From: Squalus acanthias
Lineage: Eukaryota
Direction: 5' to 3'
Length of the DNA: 64,000 bases
Assembly (NCBI GenBank): GCA_030390025.1
Contig: CM059432.1
Location: 27,592,001-27,656,000, forward strand
Positions 34,119 through 47,546 of this stretch are shown here, piece by piece. Below the pieces are notes generated by a model, which saw nothing but the letters and a program-made list of their open reading frames with translations, was not told where the DNA came from and searched no databases. The first letter of the stretch is position 1; each line of letters begins with the position of its first letter. The position numbers were made by a program, and so were the translations under genes.

Positions 34119-34341
34119 CTTGGATGCCCTGGTTAGTTTGTTGAACTCTTTCTGCGCTGCAGTCCTAAGTGTCAGTAAAGTGGCACTAACAGCCACAACT
34201 ATCTTTCTTCACATGGTGCAAAAGACTGAATTCAGGGACCTTCTGCCAGCTAGGCCAAACAGACCATCTCTCCTGCATTGTATTTCACAGAGGAGCACAT
34301 CCAGGTCCAACTCCACGAAAGTGGCTGCTCTCTGTTTCCAT
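34119..34341 (-). pseudogene. Second, divergent Harbinger Myb/SANT-like domain remnant
   Basis: RAATFVELDLDVLLCEIQCRRDGLFG...TM*RKIVVAVSA...RTAAQKEFNKLTRASK. Confidence 0.7.
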
Positions 34342-36019
34342 TGATGTCACCACTCACCGCCCCTTTAAGCAGCAGCAGGTTTTATATCCTACTGCTGCAC
34401 CACTTCCTCACCCCCCTACGAGTCTCCCTCCCCACCAAAATTCTCCTCCCTCTACAGGTGGGACCCACGCTCCCTGCAATTTATGCATATGTGTTAGACC
34501 CTGGGAATTGTGGGGGTGTCAGCCGACAGGCCAATCAGATCACACTGTTTTTTTAATTCATTTTCAGGATGTGAGCATCACTGAGTGTGGCTGATATTTA
34601 TTGCCCATGCCTAGTTGCCCCGAGAAGGTGACAATGGACTTTCATCTTGAACCGCTGAAGTCCAGTTCTTGTTACTCATTGTAGAAGCTTGAGACAAACG
34701 TGAATAGTTTCCTGGGCCATTTCAGAAGGCAGTTAAGAGTCAGTCACATTGGTGTGGGACTGGAATCACATTTAGGGCAGACTGGGTGAAGACGGCACGT
34801 TTCCTTCCCTAAAGTACATTAGTGAACCAGTTAGGGCCACTTTTACTGATGACAACTTTTTTTAAATTTCACATTCTCATATTGCCATGGTGGGATTTGA
34901 ACTCTGTTCTCTGGATACTGAATCCAGATTACTCGTTCCGATAATATAACCACTATACCCTTCAGGCCACACAGCAGTGCTCAGAATTTCTATGCAACAC
35001 ACTTTCCAGAAAGGTTCACTGGATGGTGATCAAGAGCCAGAACCTGAGCTGATTTTTCCGCTCTTTACCCCAGGCTAACGAGTCCAGTTGTAGTCATCTC
35101 CTCCGTGTCATCCTGGCTGAGGCCAACTGACTTAGCACAGACTGGGTTTGAATTTGGGACCTCTCTGATCAGTGTGTACCACACTGAAGTAAAGGAAAGA
35201 AGGAAGGAAAGAAAGTACTTGCATTCATTCACAAGAACTACTTTGCTGGGGATACACTGGTTTGCCCTACTGGGTTGTTACTTACTCACCAGACTGCTGT
35301 AAAGAGGACAAAGCAAAGCAAAGCCGCCAGCAGCTGAGGAAGGCTAATGCTTGGATTGTAACGGTGGGTGTTTCATTGTGCTGCTAGACAGTGTTTAAGA
35401 ATCCAAGCAAATGGAATCTGTATTAGGAAAGGATTAGTGACGCTCGTATACACCATAATTGTCTCGTTACTAGACCATCATACACTCAGCACAGACCAGG
35501 GATCAGCGCCTTTATCCACTAAACCTTCAGGAAATTAGCACAGACCAGGGATCGGTGCCTTTTCCAATTGAACCCACAGAGGGAGACTCACTGAAAGAAG
35601 AAAAAAGAAAGACTTGCATTTCTATAGCACCTTTCACGACCACCGGACGTCCCAAAGCGCTTTACAGCCAGTTAAGTACTTTTTGAAGTGTAGTCACTGT
35701 TGTAATGTGGGAAAAGACAACTATAGGCCTTGCTTTGTGGAGCGCTTTAATGTTTAATGAGGTTGTTGATCCAGTGAAGTTCTGCACCTGTGGGTTGTCA
35801 GTTTGCTCATTACATATTGTAACATTTTATCTTAAAATTAAATGGTACCGTGTGTACCGTGTGTAACAATTTTTGATCCAATGATACAAAGCCCTGGGAG
35901 TAAGGAGAAGGGTTCCCTGCTGCTGACCAGGTCATGTCTCCACTAATCTTTGCCATGTCTATGTAACCTGTGTCCATTCATGTGAGCATTTCGGCTGCAC
36001 TCCAGACCCAAGCCCAATT

Positions 36020-37293
36020 CTTGTACATCCTTTTTTTCCTCTAAGCCCATCTTGGGCTCTTCCTGTCCCCAGTCATTCTACCTTTTGCTTCTCCCCTCTT
36101 GGGTACTTTATCTCCCAAATCCCTCCCCTAACCCATCACTGCACTGAATTCACTGCCCTCCCTGAACCTCCTCCTCCATATAAACTCCTGTACACATATT
36201 CATGGACATCCCTTCGGCCTTGTCTCTGTTATTCTAGTGGTCTCAATCAACAACAACCCCATCGCTGACCACAACCTTATATCCCTCACCACCCACAGCC
36301 TCTAACCCTTACCAGCATCATCTCCTGCTGCGGCAGTCCTTGTAAAAATCTCTCCCCCAAGTGCACTTTCAAACTCCCACTGCCCAGCCTTTGGCCTTCC
36401 ATTCACCACAATACTTCTGCAGCTGTTGATTGGCTCAGCCACTCCCTCACCTATGATGCTGTTGTCCCCAACAAAACCTTTACTCTGTCCTATCCTAGTC
36501 ATTCTCCCTGGTATAAACCCCATCTTCACTCCCTCAGGTCCAAGGGGCACAGACTTAAGCGTATCTGCTGCACAATTGGTCATGGGGTCAGGTTCCACAA
36601 TGTATGCTGCAGGCACCCAGTTCTATCTCTCCACCACCTCTCTCAACCCATCCACTGCTTCTGTGTTGTCAGACTGCTTGTCCAGTCTTGGATAAGCCAC
36701 AATTTCCTCCAGCTAAACGTTGCCAAGACTAAAGCCCCCGCCACAAACTTCTTAACTTTTCCACTGATTCCATTCCCCTCCCCAGGCTGAACCAGGCAGC
36801 TCACAACCTTGGAGTCCTATTCAACCCTGAGCTGAGCTCCTGACCGCATATTCTCTCCATCACAAAGACCACCCACTTCCATTCTATAATATTGCCTGCC
36901 TCCACCTCTGCATCAGCCCATCTACTGTTCAAACCCAAATTCATGTCTTTGTTACCTCCAGACTAAATTATTCCAATGCTCTCCTGCTTGGTCTCCCATC
37001 CTCAGCGCTCTGTAAACTTCAGCAAATCCAAAACTCTGTTGCGACATCCTATCCTGCACAAAATCATGGTCATCCATCACCCCTATCCTCACTGACCTAT
37101 ATTGGCTCTCGGTCTCCCAACACCTCAAATTTAAAATCCTCATCCTCTTATTTAAATGCCTTCACGACCTCCCTATATTAGTAACCTCGACAATCCCCCG
37201 ACCCCTCCAAATTCTCCGTTCCTGTGACTCAGACCTGTTGTGCATCCCACCGTCCCCACCCTTGGCAGCCATACCTTCAGCTGCCTAGGCCCC
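36020..37293 (+). mobile_element. Degenerate L2 LINE
   Basis: MYAAGTQFYLS (decayed YADDTQLY); collinear with the reverse complement of 41005-42200. Confidence 0.75.
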
Positions 37294-38108
37294 ATAGAAT
37301 CATAGAATGGTTACAGCACAGAAGGAGGCCATTCGGCCCATCGAGCCCATGCCGGTTCTCTGCAAGAGCACCTCAGCTAGTCCCACTCCCCCGCCCTTTC
37401 CCCGTAGCCCTGCAATTTTTTTTCCTTCAGGTACTTATCCAATTCCCTTTTGAAAGTCACAATTGAGTCTGCCTCCACCACCCTTTCAGGCAGTGCATTC
37501 CAGATCCTAACCACTCGCTGCGTAAAAAGTTTTCCTCATGTCGCCTTTGGTTCTTCTGCCAATCACCTTAAATCTGTGTCCTCTGGTTCTCGACCCTTCC
37601 GCCAATGGGAACAGTTTCTCTCTATCTACTCTGTCTGGACCCATCATGATTTTGAACACCTCTATCAAATCTCCTCTCAACCTTCTCTGCTCTAAGGAGA
37701 ACATTCCCAGCTTCTCCAGTCTATCCACGTAACTGAAGTCCCTCATCCCTGGAATCATTCTCGTATATCGTTTCTGCACCCTCTCCAAGGCCTTCACATC
37801 CTTCCTAAAATGCAGTGCCCAGAATTGGACACAATACTCCAGTTGAGGCCGAACCAGTGTTTTATAAAGTTTCTTCATAACTTCCTTGCTTTTGTACTCC
37901 ATGCCCCTATTTATGAAGCCCAGTATCCCGTATGCTTTTTTAACCGCTTTCTCAACCTGCCCTGCCACCTTCAATGATTTGTGCACATCCACTCCCAGGT
38001 CTCTCTGTTCATGCACCCCCCTTGAGAATTGTACCCTTTAGTTTATATTGCCTGTCCTTGTTCTTCCTGCCAAAATGTAGCACTTCGTACTTTTCTGCGT
38101 TAAATTTC
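37294..38108 (-). mobile_element. CR1 LINE fragment
   Basis: RPQLEYCVQFW...LRGDLIEVFKIM. Confidence 0.92.
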
Positions 38109-39157
38109 ATAAGAACATACATAAGAACATAAGAAATAGCAGCAGGAATAGGCCATTTGGCCCTTCGAGCCTGATCTGCCATTCGATAAGATCATGGCTG
38201 ATCTGGTCTTGGCCTCAACTCCACTTTCCTGCCCACTCCCCATAACCCTTGACTCCCTTATCATTCAAAAATCTGTCCATCTCCACCTTAAATATATTCA
38301 ATGACCCAGCCTCCACAGCTCTCTGGGGTAGAGAAATCCAAAGATTCACGACCCTCTGAGAGAAGAAATTCCTCCTCATCTCCGTTTTAAATGGGCAACC
38401 CCTTATTCTGAAACTATGCCCCCTAGTTCTAGATTTCACCACGAGGGGAAACATCCTCTCTGCATCTACCCTGTCAAGCCCCCTCAGAATCTTATACGTT
38501 TCAATAAGATCACCTCTCATTCTTCTAAACTCCAGAGTATAGGCCGAACCTGCTCAACCTTTCTTCATAAGACAAACCCTTTGACATGAATCTGTCATTC
38601 ATGAAAGAAAGACTTATGAAATAATACTGAGTGGCCTGCGGGTGGTGCTGTCCAGGGAGAATATACTCGGGCACGGGCTCAGCTTGCGCAGGACATTCTT
38701 AACAGGAGCTAGTGAAGGACACAACGAGACCTCCACGTTGTAAAACAGTAGATTAAAGCTTTGTTTAACGCTTAGACCAAGTGCCTAGTAGTTTTCTTAC
38801 GTCACCCTTCATCTCAGGAATTACCGAGTGAACCTTCTCTGAACTGCCTCCAATGTAAGTATATCCCTCCTTAAATAAGGAGACCAAAACTGTACGCATT
38901 ACTCCAGGTGTGGTCTCACCAACGTCCTGTACAGTTGTAGTAAAACTTCCCTACTTTTATACTCCATCCCCCTTGCAATAGAGGCCAACATTCCATTTGC
39001 CTTCCTAATTACTTGCTGTACCTGCATGCTAACTTTTTGTGTTTCATGTACAAGGACCCCCAGATCCCTCTGTACCGCAGCATTTTGTAGTCTCCCTCCA
39101 TTTAAATAATAATTTGCTTTTTTATTTTTCCTACCAAAGTGGATAACATCACATTTT
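38109..39157 (-). mobile_element. CR1 LINE fragment interrupted by a solo LTR
   Basis: MRGDLIETYKILRGLDRVDAERMFPL; collinear with 63491-64000. Confidence 0.92.
38582..38804 (+). mobile_element. Solo LTR (223 bp) related to the Gypsy LTR at 1695-1909
   Basis: TGAC...GTCA ends, 5-bp TSD ccctt (38577-38581, 38805-38809), shared blocks gtccagggag, gctagtga, agacctcca, gattaaagc. Confidence 0.9.
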
Positions 39158-40932
39158 CAGGTCTGGGACCCTTCATCAGAACTGGAAAAAGCTGGAGATG
39201 TAACAGATATTAAGCAGGTGCAGAGACAGGGGAGGGGGGGGTGGTTTAGGAGGGGAGGAAGGAATTGAAAGAATATACTGTGCTTATGTAAGAGGCAGGA
39301 AAGATAAAATGTTGCAAATGGGAATGGCAAAAATCATACAGCATGAAAAATGGGGGCAGGGATTATTGTCTGAAATTGTTGAACTCAATGTTGAGTCCGG
39401 AAGGCTGTAAAGTGCCTAATCGAAAAATGAGGTGCTGTTCCTCGAGCTTACGTTGAGCTTCATTGGAACAGTGTAATAGGCCGAGGACAGAGAGATCAGA
39501 GTGGGAGTGAAGCGGAGAATTAAAGTGACAAGCGACCGGGAGCTCGGGGTCACCCTTACGGACTGAACGGAGGTGTTCCACAAAGCGGTCACCCAATCTG
39601 CGTTTGGTCTCCCCAATGTAGAGGAGACCGCATCGTGAGCAGCGAATACAGTATATTAAATTGCAAGAATTACAAGTAAATCGCTGTTTCACCTGGAAGG
39701 GGTGTTTGGGGCCCTGGACAGTGGGAAGGGAGGAGGTAAAAGGGCAGGTGTTGCATCTCCTGCGCTTGCACGGGAAGGTGCCAGGCGAAGGAGAAGGGCT
39801 GTTAGGGGTGATTGAGGAGTGGACCAGGGTGTCGCGGAGGGAGCGGTCCCTTCAGAATGCTGAAAGGGGAGGTGAGGGGAAGATGTGTTCGGTGGTGGGA
39901 TCACGTTGGAGGTGGCGGAAATGGCGGAGGATTATCCGTTGAATGTGGAGGCTGGTGGGATGAAAGGTGAGAACAAGGGGAACCCTATCGTGGTTCCGGG
40001 AGGGAGGGGCAGGGGTGAGGGCAGAAGTGCGGGAGATAGAATGGACACGGTCAAGGGCCGTGTCAACCACAGTAGAGGGGAATCCTCGGTTGAGGAAAAA
40101 GGAAGACATGTCGGAAGCACTGGTATGGAAGGTGGCATTGTCAGAACAGACGCGGCGGAGACGGAGAAACTGGGAGAATGGAATAGAGTCCTTACAGGAA
40201 GCGGGGTGGGAGGAAGTGTAGTCCAGGTAGCTGTGGGAGTCAGTGGGCTTGTAATGGATGTTTGTCGAAAGCCGATCGCCAGAAATGGAGACCGAGAAGT
40301 CAAGGAAGGGAAGGGAAGAGTCGGAGATGGACCATGTGAAGGTGAGGGAAGGGTGGAAATTGGAAGTAAAGTGAATGAACTTATCTAGTTCAAGTCGAGA
40401 GCAGGAAACGGCACCGATACAGTCATCGATGTACCGGAAAAAGAGGTGAGGGAGGGGACCTGAGTAGGACTGGAACAAAGAATGTTCCACATATTCCATG
40501 AACAGGCAGGGCCCATGCGGGTTCCCATAGCAACACCTTTAATTTGGAGGAAGTGACTGGAGTCAGAGGAGAAGTTGTTTAATGTGAGAACAAGTTCAGC
40601 TAGGCGGAGGGTGGTGGTGGTGGATGGGGACTGGTTGGGCCTCTGTTCAAGGAAGAAACGGAGCGCCCTCAGGCCGTCCTGGTGGGGGATGGAGGTGTAG
40701 AGGGATTGGACGTCCATAGTGAAAAGGAGACGGTTGGGGCCAGGAAACTGGAAACTGTTAAAGTGACGGAGGGCGTCGGAAGAGTCGCGAATGTAGGTGG
40801 GAAGAGACTGGACAAGGGGAGAAAAAATAGAGTCGAGATAGGAAGAGATAAGTTCCGTGGGGCAAGAACAGGCTGAAACGATGGGTCTACCAGGGCAGCC
40901 CTGTTTGTGGATCTTGGGAAGGAGGTAGAAGT
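39155..40932 (-). mobile_element. Penelope-like family B, 5'-truncated (RT + GIY-YIG, frameshifted)
   Basis: LPKIHK, TMDVQSLYTSIPH, GVAMGTRMGP, RYIDDCIG, LIYCIRCSRCGLLYIGETKRRLGDRFVEH. Confidence 0.93.
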
Positions 40933-41004
40933 TCATCATTGGTTGTAAATTGCTTTGGGACATCCTGAGGTCGTGAAAGGCACTGTATAAATGCAAGTCT
41001 TTCT

Positions 41005-44000
41005 TTCTTTTTATATAGCGCCTTTAACATACGAAAACGTCCCAAGGCGTGTCACAGATCGTTATCTAACAATATTTGACACCGAGCCACATAAGGAGTG
41101 TTAGGGGAGATAGAGGTAGGTTTTAAGGAATGTCTTCAAGGAGGATAGAGATGGAGAGGCAGAGAGGTTTCCGGAGGGAATTCCAGAGCTTGGGGCCTTG
41201 GCATTTAAAGGCATGGCCGCCAATGGTGGAGCGATTAAAATTGAGGATGCTCAAGAGGCCAGAATTGGAGAGCACAGATATCTCGGAGGGTTGTAGGGCT
41301 GGAAGAGATTACAGAGATAGGGAGTGGGCGAGGCCATGAAGTGATTTAAAAACAAGGATGAGAATTTTAAAATCGAGGCCAATGTAGGTCAGCGAGCACA
41401 GGGGTGATGGGTGATGGGTGACTGGGACTTGGTGTGAGTTAGGACAAGGAGTTTTGGATGACCTCAAGTTTACGGAGGGTAGGACGTGGGAGGCTGGCCA
41501 GGAGTGCATTGTTTTAGTCAAGACCAGAGGTAACAAAGGCAGGGATGAGGGTTTCAGCAGCAGATGAGCTGAGGCAGGGGCGGAATCGAGCGATGTTACG
41601 GAGGTGGAATATGTGGTCAGAAGCTCATCTTGGGGTCAGATTTGACACTAAGGCTGCGAACAGTCTGGTTCAGCCTCAGACAGTTGCCAGGAAGAGGTAT
41701 GCAGTCGGTGGCTAGGGAACGGAGTTTGTGGCAGGGACCGAAGGCAATAGTCTTCCTAATATTTAGTTGGAGGAAAAATCTGCTCATCCAGTACTGGAGG
41801 TCGGACAAGTAGTCTGACAAATCAGAGGCAGTGGAGGGATCGAGAGAGGTGGTGGTGAGGTAGAGCTGGGTGTCGTCAGCATACATGTGTAAACTGGCAC
41901 TGTGTTTTCGGATGATGTCGCTGAGGAGCTGCATGTAGATGAGAAATAGGAGGGGGGTGGGTGCAAAGGATAGACCCTTGGGGGACACCAGGTGTAACGG
42001 TGCGGGAGCGGGAAGAGAAGCCATTGCAGGTGATTTTCTGGCTATGACTGGATAGATAAGAATGCAACCAGGCGAGTGCAGTCTCACCCAGCTGGACGAT
42101 GGTGGAGAGGTGTTGGAGGAGGATGGTGTGGTCAACTGTGTCAAAGGCTGCAGACAGGTCGAGAAGGACGAGCACGGATAGTTTACCGTTGCCATAGAAT
42201 GACATAAAAGACATAGGGGGAAAAATTCAGCTGCTTGCGCCTCCCGTTAGCGCCTTAAGAGGGCGCTAATGGGGCGTAAAGCAGCTAACGCCCGGGCGCA
42301 GCGCCGCCCACGCCTCCCGAAAAATTTAGTGGGAGGTTAGCGGCGGCGGCAGCCGGTAGCGCCCTGTGGCGCTGCGCCGCCGGCGATGACGTCATCGCCG
42401 TGCGCAGCACCCCGCTCGCGCCCCGGCCGCGATCTTCAGTCGCGCCCCCTGATTTACCGCCAGACGCTATGTCCGACGGGTTCAGGGAGGCGTACGTGCG
42501 GCCGGGGCGGCGATATTTAAAGGGGAGGTGGCAGGCGGCCATTTTTGTTGCTGGCCGCCTGCCAGCACCTGCCCCCGGCCCCCGTGAAGCCCCCCCACCG
42601 TGAAGTGCTGGCTGCGCTCCAAGAGCCCGGCACTTCTCTTGAGTGCCGGGCTCTTTTGCCGGCACTCCCGATCCCTGGGGGCCCAGCTGGGCCCCGGTTC
42701 GCGCTGCGCAGGGTCCCTCCCCTTTAAGAAGGGGAGGAAGGCCTGCAATACCGCGGCGCGACGTGCCGCAGCGCGTGGCGCTGCGGCACGTAGCGCCAGG
42801 ATATTCACTCGCAGCGCCCCAAGAGGGATGCGGGGTGCTTCCAGTGGCGCCCCGCTTCCCTCTTGGGGCGCAACCACTGAAGTTCCGGCGCGGGGCCGCT
42901 AATTTTTTCGGCGCGCTAAAAGTCGCGCCCCGGCGAGGTTAGCGCCCCAAATGGGGCGCGACTCAATTTTTACCCCATAGAATGTCTTTTGAGACTTTGA
43001 TAGCCGTTCTGGTACTGTGGCAGGGGTGAAAATCTGATTAGAGGGATTCAAATATGGAGTTCCGGGAAAGATGGACACGGATTTGGGAGGCGACAGCTGT
43101 TCAAGGACTTTGGAGATTAAAGGGAGGTTGGAGACGGGCGGTAGTTTGCAAGGACGGAGTGGTCAAGGGTTGTTTTTTGAGGAGAGGGGTGATGTTGGCA
43201 GATTTGAAGAGGGGGACAGTACCTGAGGAGAGAGAACTGTTAACAATATCAGTTAATATGGGAGCCAGGGAAGTTGGGTGGTCAGCAATTTAGTGAGAAT
43301 AAGGTCAAGGGAGCAGAAGGTGGGTCTCATGGACAAGATGAGCTCGCAGAGGGCATGAGGGGATATCGGAGAGAAATGAGAGAAAGATGTGAGTTTAGGG
43401 CTAGGGCAGGGGGGAACCTTAGAGGAGGTTTGGCCCGGTGGGCTAGGGAGGGAGGGAAGTGGCAGAGGCAGTTGATCGGATGGTCTCAATCTTAGTGACA
43501 AAGAAGTCCTTGAGCTCCTCGCACTTGTTGTTGGAGGTGAGGGTGGAGGAGACAGGGGAGAGGATTTTAAGAAAATGGTTTACAGTAGAGAAAAGAAGCC
43601 AGGGTTATCTTTGCATTCCAGGATGATTCTGGAATAGTGAGCAATTTTGGCAGACGAGAGCAGGACCCGATAATGCTTTGTGTGGTCCAGCCAGGTCTGG
43701 CAGTGAAATGGTTAAACCAGTTTTCCGCCATATCTGTTCAAGTCTGCGTCCCTTGGACTTAAGGGAGCGAAGATGAGGGCCGTACCAGGGGGCACGGTCA
43801 GGATGAGATAGAGTAATAGATTTAATGGGGTCTAGGGCATTTAAAGGTGGTGGTGAGGGTGTGGTTGAGCAGATCGGTAGCTGCAGAAATGTCCTGGTGA
43901 ATGGAGGGCCAAAGGCTGGACAGTTGGGATTTTGAAAGTGCAGTTGTAAGAGAATTAAGAGAGAGTTTTTTCCAGGGCCAGACACAGAAGGAAGTAGGGT

Positions 44001-44060
44001 TGGGAGGGGAAGGGGGATGTGAGTGGAGAGTGATAAAAGGAAGTGATCAGAGATGGCATA
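41005..44060 (-). mobile_element. L2 LINE fragment (about 2.3 kb) split by a MITE
   Basis: LLDLSAAFDTVDH, GVPQGSIL, HMYADDTQLYL. Confidence 0.9.
42216..42976 (-). mobile_element. CpG-rich Harbinger-type MITE (subfamily A)
   Basis: gggggaaaaattc / aatttttacccc with ATA on both flanks, inside the L2. Confidence 0.9.
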
Positions 44061-44492
44061 TCTTCTTTCAAAATTTGTTGAGAGACAAACAATGCAAAAA
44101 TTTAAACGATGTCAAAACACAACACATCACTTAACATTAGGCTGAAATACAGACATGGCTTTTCTCTTTTCTCTCTCTCCCCACAAAAACTCACAAAAAC
44201 CTGTTTGCCAAATAATTGTTCAAGAAGCTAGTGTACCTTTAATACCGATTTTTGACTTGTAGCTACATGTTAAGTTATGTGGGAGCAGAAATGCAGTTCT
44301 GAATCATTATGGAACTGATTCAACATCCACGTCACAAAGCAAAGCTCAATATATCTATTTGAATAAGCGTGTAAAAACAGATAATGGGACTGGAAAGTGC
44401 ACTGGATCAAAAATTCCAACTGCCCTTTCATCTCTGTGACATGATTCCACATCCAACCCTGCTGGGATAAAAGTCTTCTCTCATTGAAGAAG

Positions 44493-44934
44493 CACTTGAA
44501 TTTATATAGCACCATTCACGACATTACAAAGCGCTTTGCAGCCAATGAAGTATTTATGAAGTATAGTCACTGTTGTAGGAAATGTGGTAGACAATTTGCG
44601 CACAGGAAGTTCCCTCAAACAGCAATGAGATAATGACAAGATAATCTGTTTTAGTGATGTTGGTTGAAGGATAAATATTGGCCAGGACACTGGGGAGAAG
44701 TCCCCTGTTCTTCTTCGAAATAGTGTCATTGGATCCTTTACGTCCATCTGAGAAGGCAGATGGGACCTCGGTTTAAAGACTCATCAAAAAGCCAGCACCT
44801 CTGACAGTGCAGCACTCCCTCAGCACTGCACTGATATTTCAGCCTGGATTATGTGCTCAAGTCTCTGAAGTGGGACTTGAACTCAAAACCTTTTGCCTCA
44901 GAGGTAAGAATGCTACCAGTGAGCCACAGCTGAC
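44493..44934 (-). mobile_element. tRNA-derived SINE
   Basis: Reverse complement of 24566-25044. Confidence 0.88.
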
Positions 44935-45272
44935 TCCTTTCACTCTTTCATTCCATTGTCACATAAGTGGATCGAGTTACAGAAGCTAGGTGAGCCAATG
45001 AATGTAATCAGGTTCCTGGAGCTTCCTTGTTGCCTTTTGAGGTTAAAGAGGAATTTTCTAAATTCGTTTTTTTTAATTGGCCTAAGCTATTTTTCTCTAT
45101 TTCTCCCCCCTCTCCCAGGAGATTACGTGGCTTGAGGGAGGGGGTTGCAGGTTGATAATGCACATGGGCTATACCACATCTAAATGGAACAGGCTGAATG
45201 GACGAGTTGGTCTTTCCTTGTTCCTCTGTCATTTGTTTAGAATCTGTATGTACGCTGATCATTCTACTGAAC

Positions 45273-45844
45273 GGGGGGCGCTAACAGGGCGCAAATGGCT
45301 TTGTGACCGGGCGAGGCGCTGGCAACGACTCCCGCCATACTCGGCGGGAGTTTTGCGGCGGCGCTACGGCGTTGCGCCCCCATCTTCTTCGCCCGGAGAT
45401 CGTGACGTCATTACCGTGCGCATCACCCCGGTTGCGCCCCGGACCCAAAATTGACTTCCGCCACTTGGAGCAGCGCGGTAGAAAACACTGACGCTGCTTG
45501 AGTGCCGGGCTGATTGTGCGGGATCGCAGCTGACTTGGTGGTCCAGGTAGGTACTCTTTAAATTGCAGAGCCTGCAGCGATGGCCCTTCCCTTTTAGGGA
45601 GGGAAGGAGCCTTTGAACGCGGCAGCGATGCACGGCCCAGTGTGCAGCGCTGCTGAAGTCTCTGCCCCGCTCTCCGACGTTAGCGCCCTAAGAGGAAGCG
45701 GAGCACTTGATTTAGCACTCCACTTCCCTCTTGGGGCGCTAAAACTCAATTTCGCGGTCGCCGGCGCTAATTACCGACGGGCGCTAAAGTTAGCGCCCAA
45801 GCGATGTTAGCGCCCCAAAATGGTCGATACCGAATTTTTCCCTC
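45273..45844. mobile_element. CpG-rich Harbinger-type MITE, left end truncated
   Basis: Right TIR accgaatttttccctc, ttagcgccc subterminal repeats, tgacgtca. Confidence 0.78.
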
Positions 45845-47121
45845 ATATTGCCAAACATACAATGGCTGATGAAATACGGCTCACAGACCCCAATTGCTCA
45901 ACTCATTTTTTTGAGCCTGTAAATAAATTGAAACAACGCTGTCATTTCTTGGTAACTAATATAGGTTTGTTTTGTTCTGCTGCTCTGAGGCTTGGCTTCA
46001 ATCTATGTCAAATTTAAGATCTTGGCAATTGAATGAGTCACAGGATGGATTGGATCATGAAATAACATCCCCATGCAGCAAAGCCTGAAGAAAACATTTA
46101 TAATAAATACACAAGTGTTAGCTATTCAGGGTTGGATGATCTAATTGTGCTTTTCATTTCTATTACAGCTGAAGATAGCAGTTCTGCAACTAAAATCGAA
46201 TTCCCATAATGCGCACCATAATAAGGCCTCAGAAGCAGGGATCTAAATTCCTCAATCCTGCTTTGCCTCTGTAAGTGTGGCAGCGTGACAACTCCGGTTC
46301 CCCGGTGACACCGTGCTCCTGACTAAGCCGGAGTGTCCAGGGTCAGGGCAGGGTCGCATTGTTTACTTAAAACTTAGAAGTCAGCTGTGGCTAGGGTTGC
46401 CAACACTGGTTGGAGGCATTCTGATCACATGACACCTGATCACATGTCTTCTACAAATGTTATTGCATTTAGCTTATAAAGGTTGGGTCCCATGTATGTT
46501 GAGTATTTTTGCTTGTGATTTCACACCAGCAGCTGCTGTGCCACAAGTTCCAAGAACCAGGAGACCACCCATGAGCAGGCGAGGAGGGGAAACCGAGGGT
46601 GGGGAAGAGGGGAATCCGAAGGTGGGTGAACGACTTGCAGAGGGGAAACCAAAGATGGGAGGTAACTCACTGAAATTGCACTGATAACTAATATAAAGTG
46701 GTAACACTCAGATTCTTCTCATGACAATAATGCAATAATTCACAGATAGTCTATATGTAAGTGGTAGTAATAGGTGTAATGCCCTGATATCCTACCTAAC
46801 TAGTAGTAATCCTATAACCTGCTGATATTCACCCTGAAACCATAGCCAGAATCCCCTTGCACTGCACAAGGTGTGGTCAGGCTCCCCGGTCGATGCCACT
46901 TTTAACTGACGATCTCTCTCCCTATCTCCTTAGATTCTGATTTGGACTCTGGTTATGTGTGAAGGTGGCAACTCTGCACTGGGAACCTCAGTCAGAGCTG
47001 ATCTGTACTTGTTCTTCACATGTCAAAACCGGGCGGCACAGACTGACCTGAACAAGAGATCGCACAAAGGACAATGGGCTTAGTGTTTGGTGAAATTCTC
47101 ACAGGGCACATTGTCGTAAGG

Positions 47122-47546
47122 CATAAGAACATAAGAACATAAGAAATAGGAGCAGGAGTAGGCCTTTCGAGCCTGCTCCGCCATTCAATAAGATTATGGC
47201 TGATGATCTACCCTCATCTCCACTTTCCTGCACTATCCCCATATCCCTTGATTCCCTTATTATTCAAAAATCTTTCGATCTCTGTCTTGAATATACTCAA
47301 CGACTGAACCTCCACAACCCTCTGGGGTAGAGAATTCCAAAGATTCACCACCGTCTGGGTGAAGAAATTTCTCCTCATCTCAGTCTAAATGGCCAACCCC
47401 TTATTCTGAGACAGTGACCCCTGGTTCTAGACTCCTCAGCCAGGGGAAACATCCTCTCTGCATCTTCCCAGTCAAGCCATGTAAGAATTTTGTATGTTTC
47501 AATAAGATCACCTCTCATTCTTCTAAACTCTAGAGAATATAGGCAG
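47122..47546 (-). mobile_element. CR1 LINE 3' fragment
   Basis: YSLEFRRMRGDLIETYKIL; ttcttatg tail. Confidence 0.9.

Noticed and set aside
42285..42942. Many overlapping 60-180-aa ORFs in the GC-rich MITEs (also near 4.9, 31.2 and 45.3 kb)
   Set aside because: Stop-poor GC-rich DNA; frames are not conserved between copies and contain no domains.
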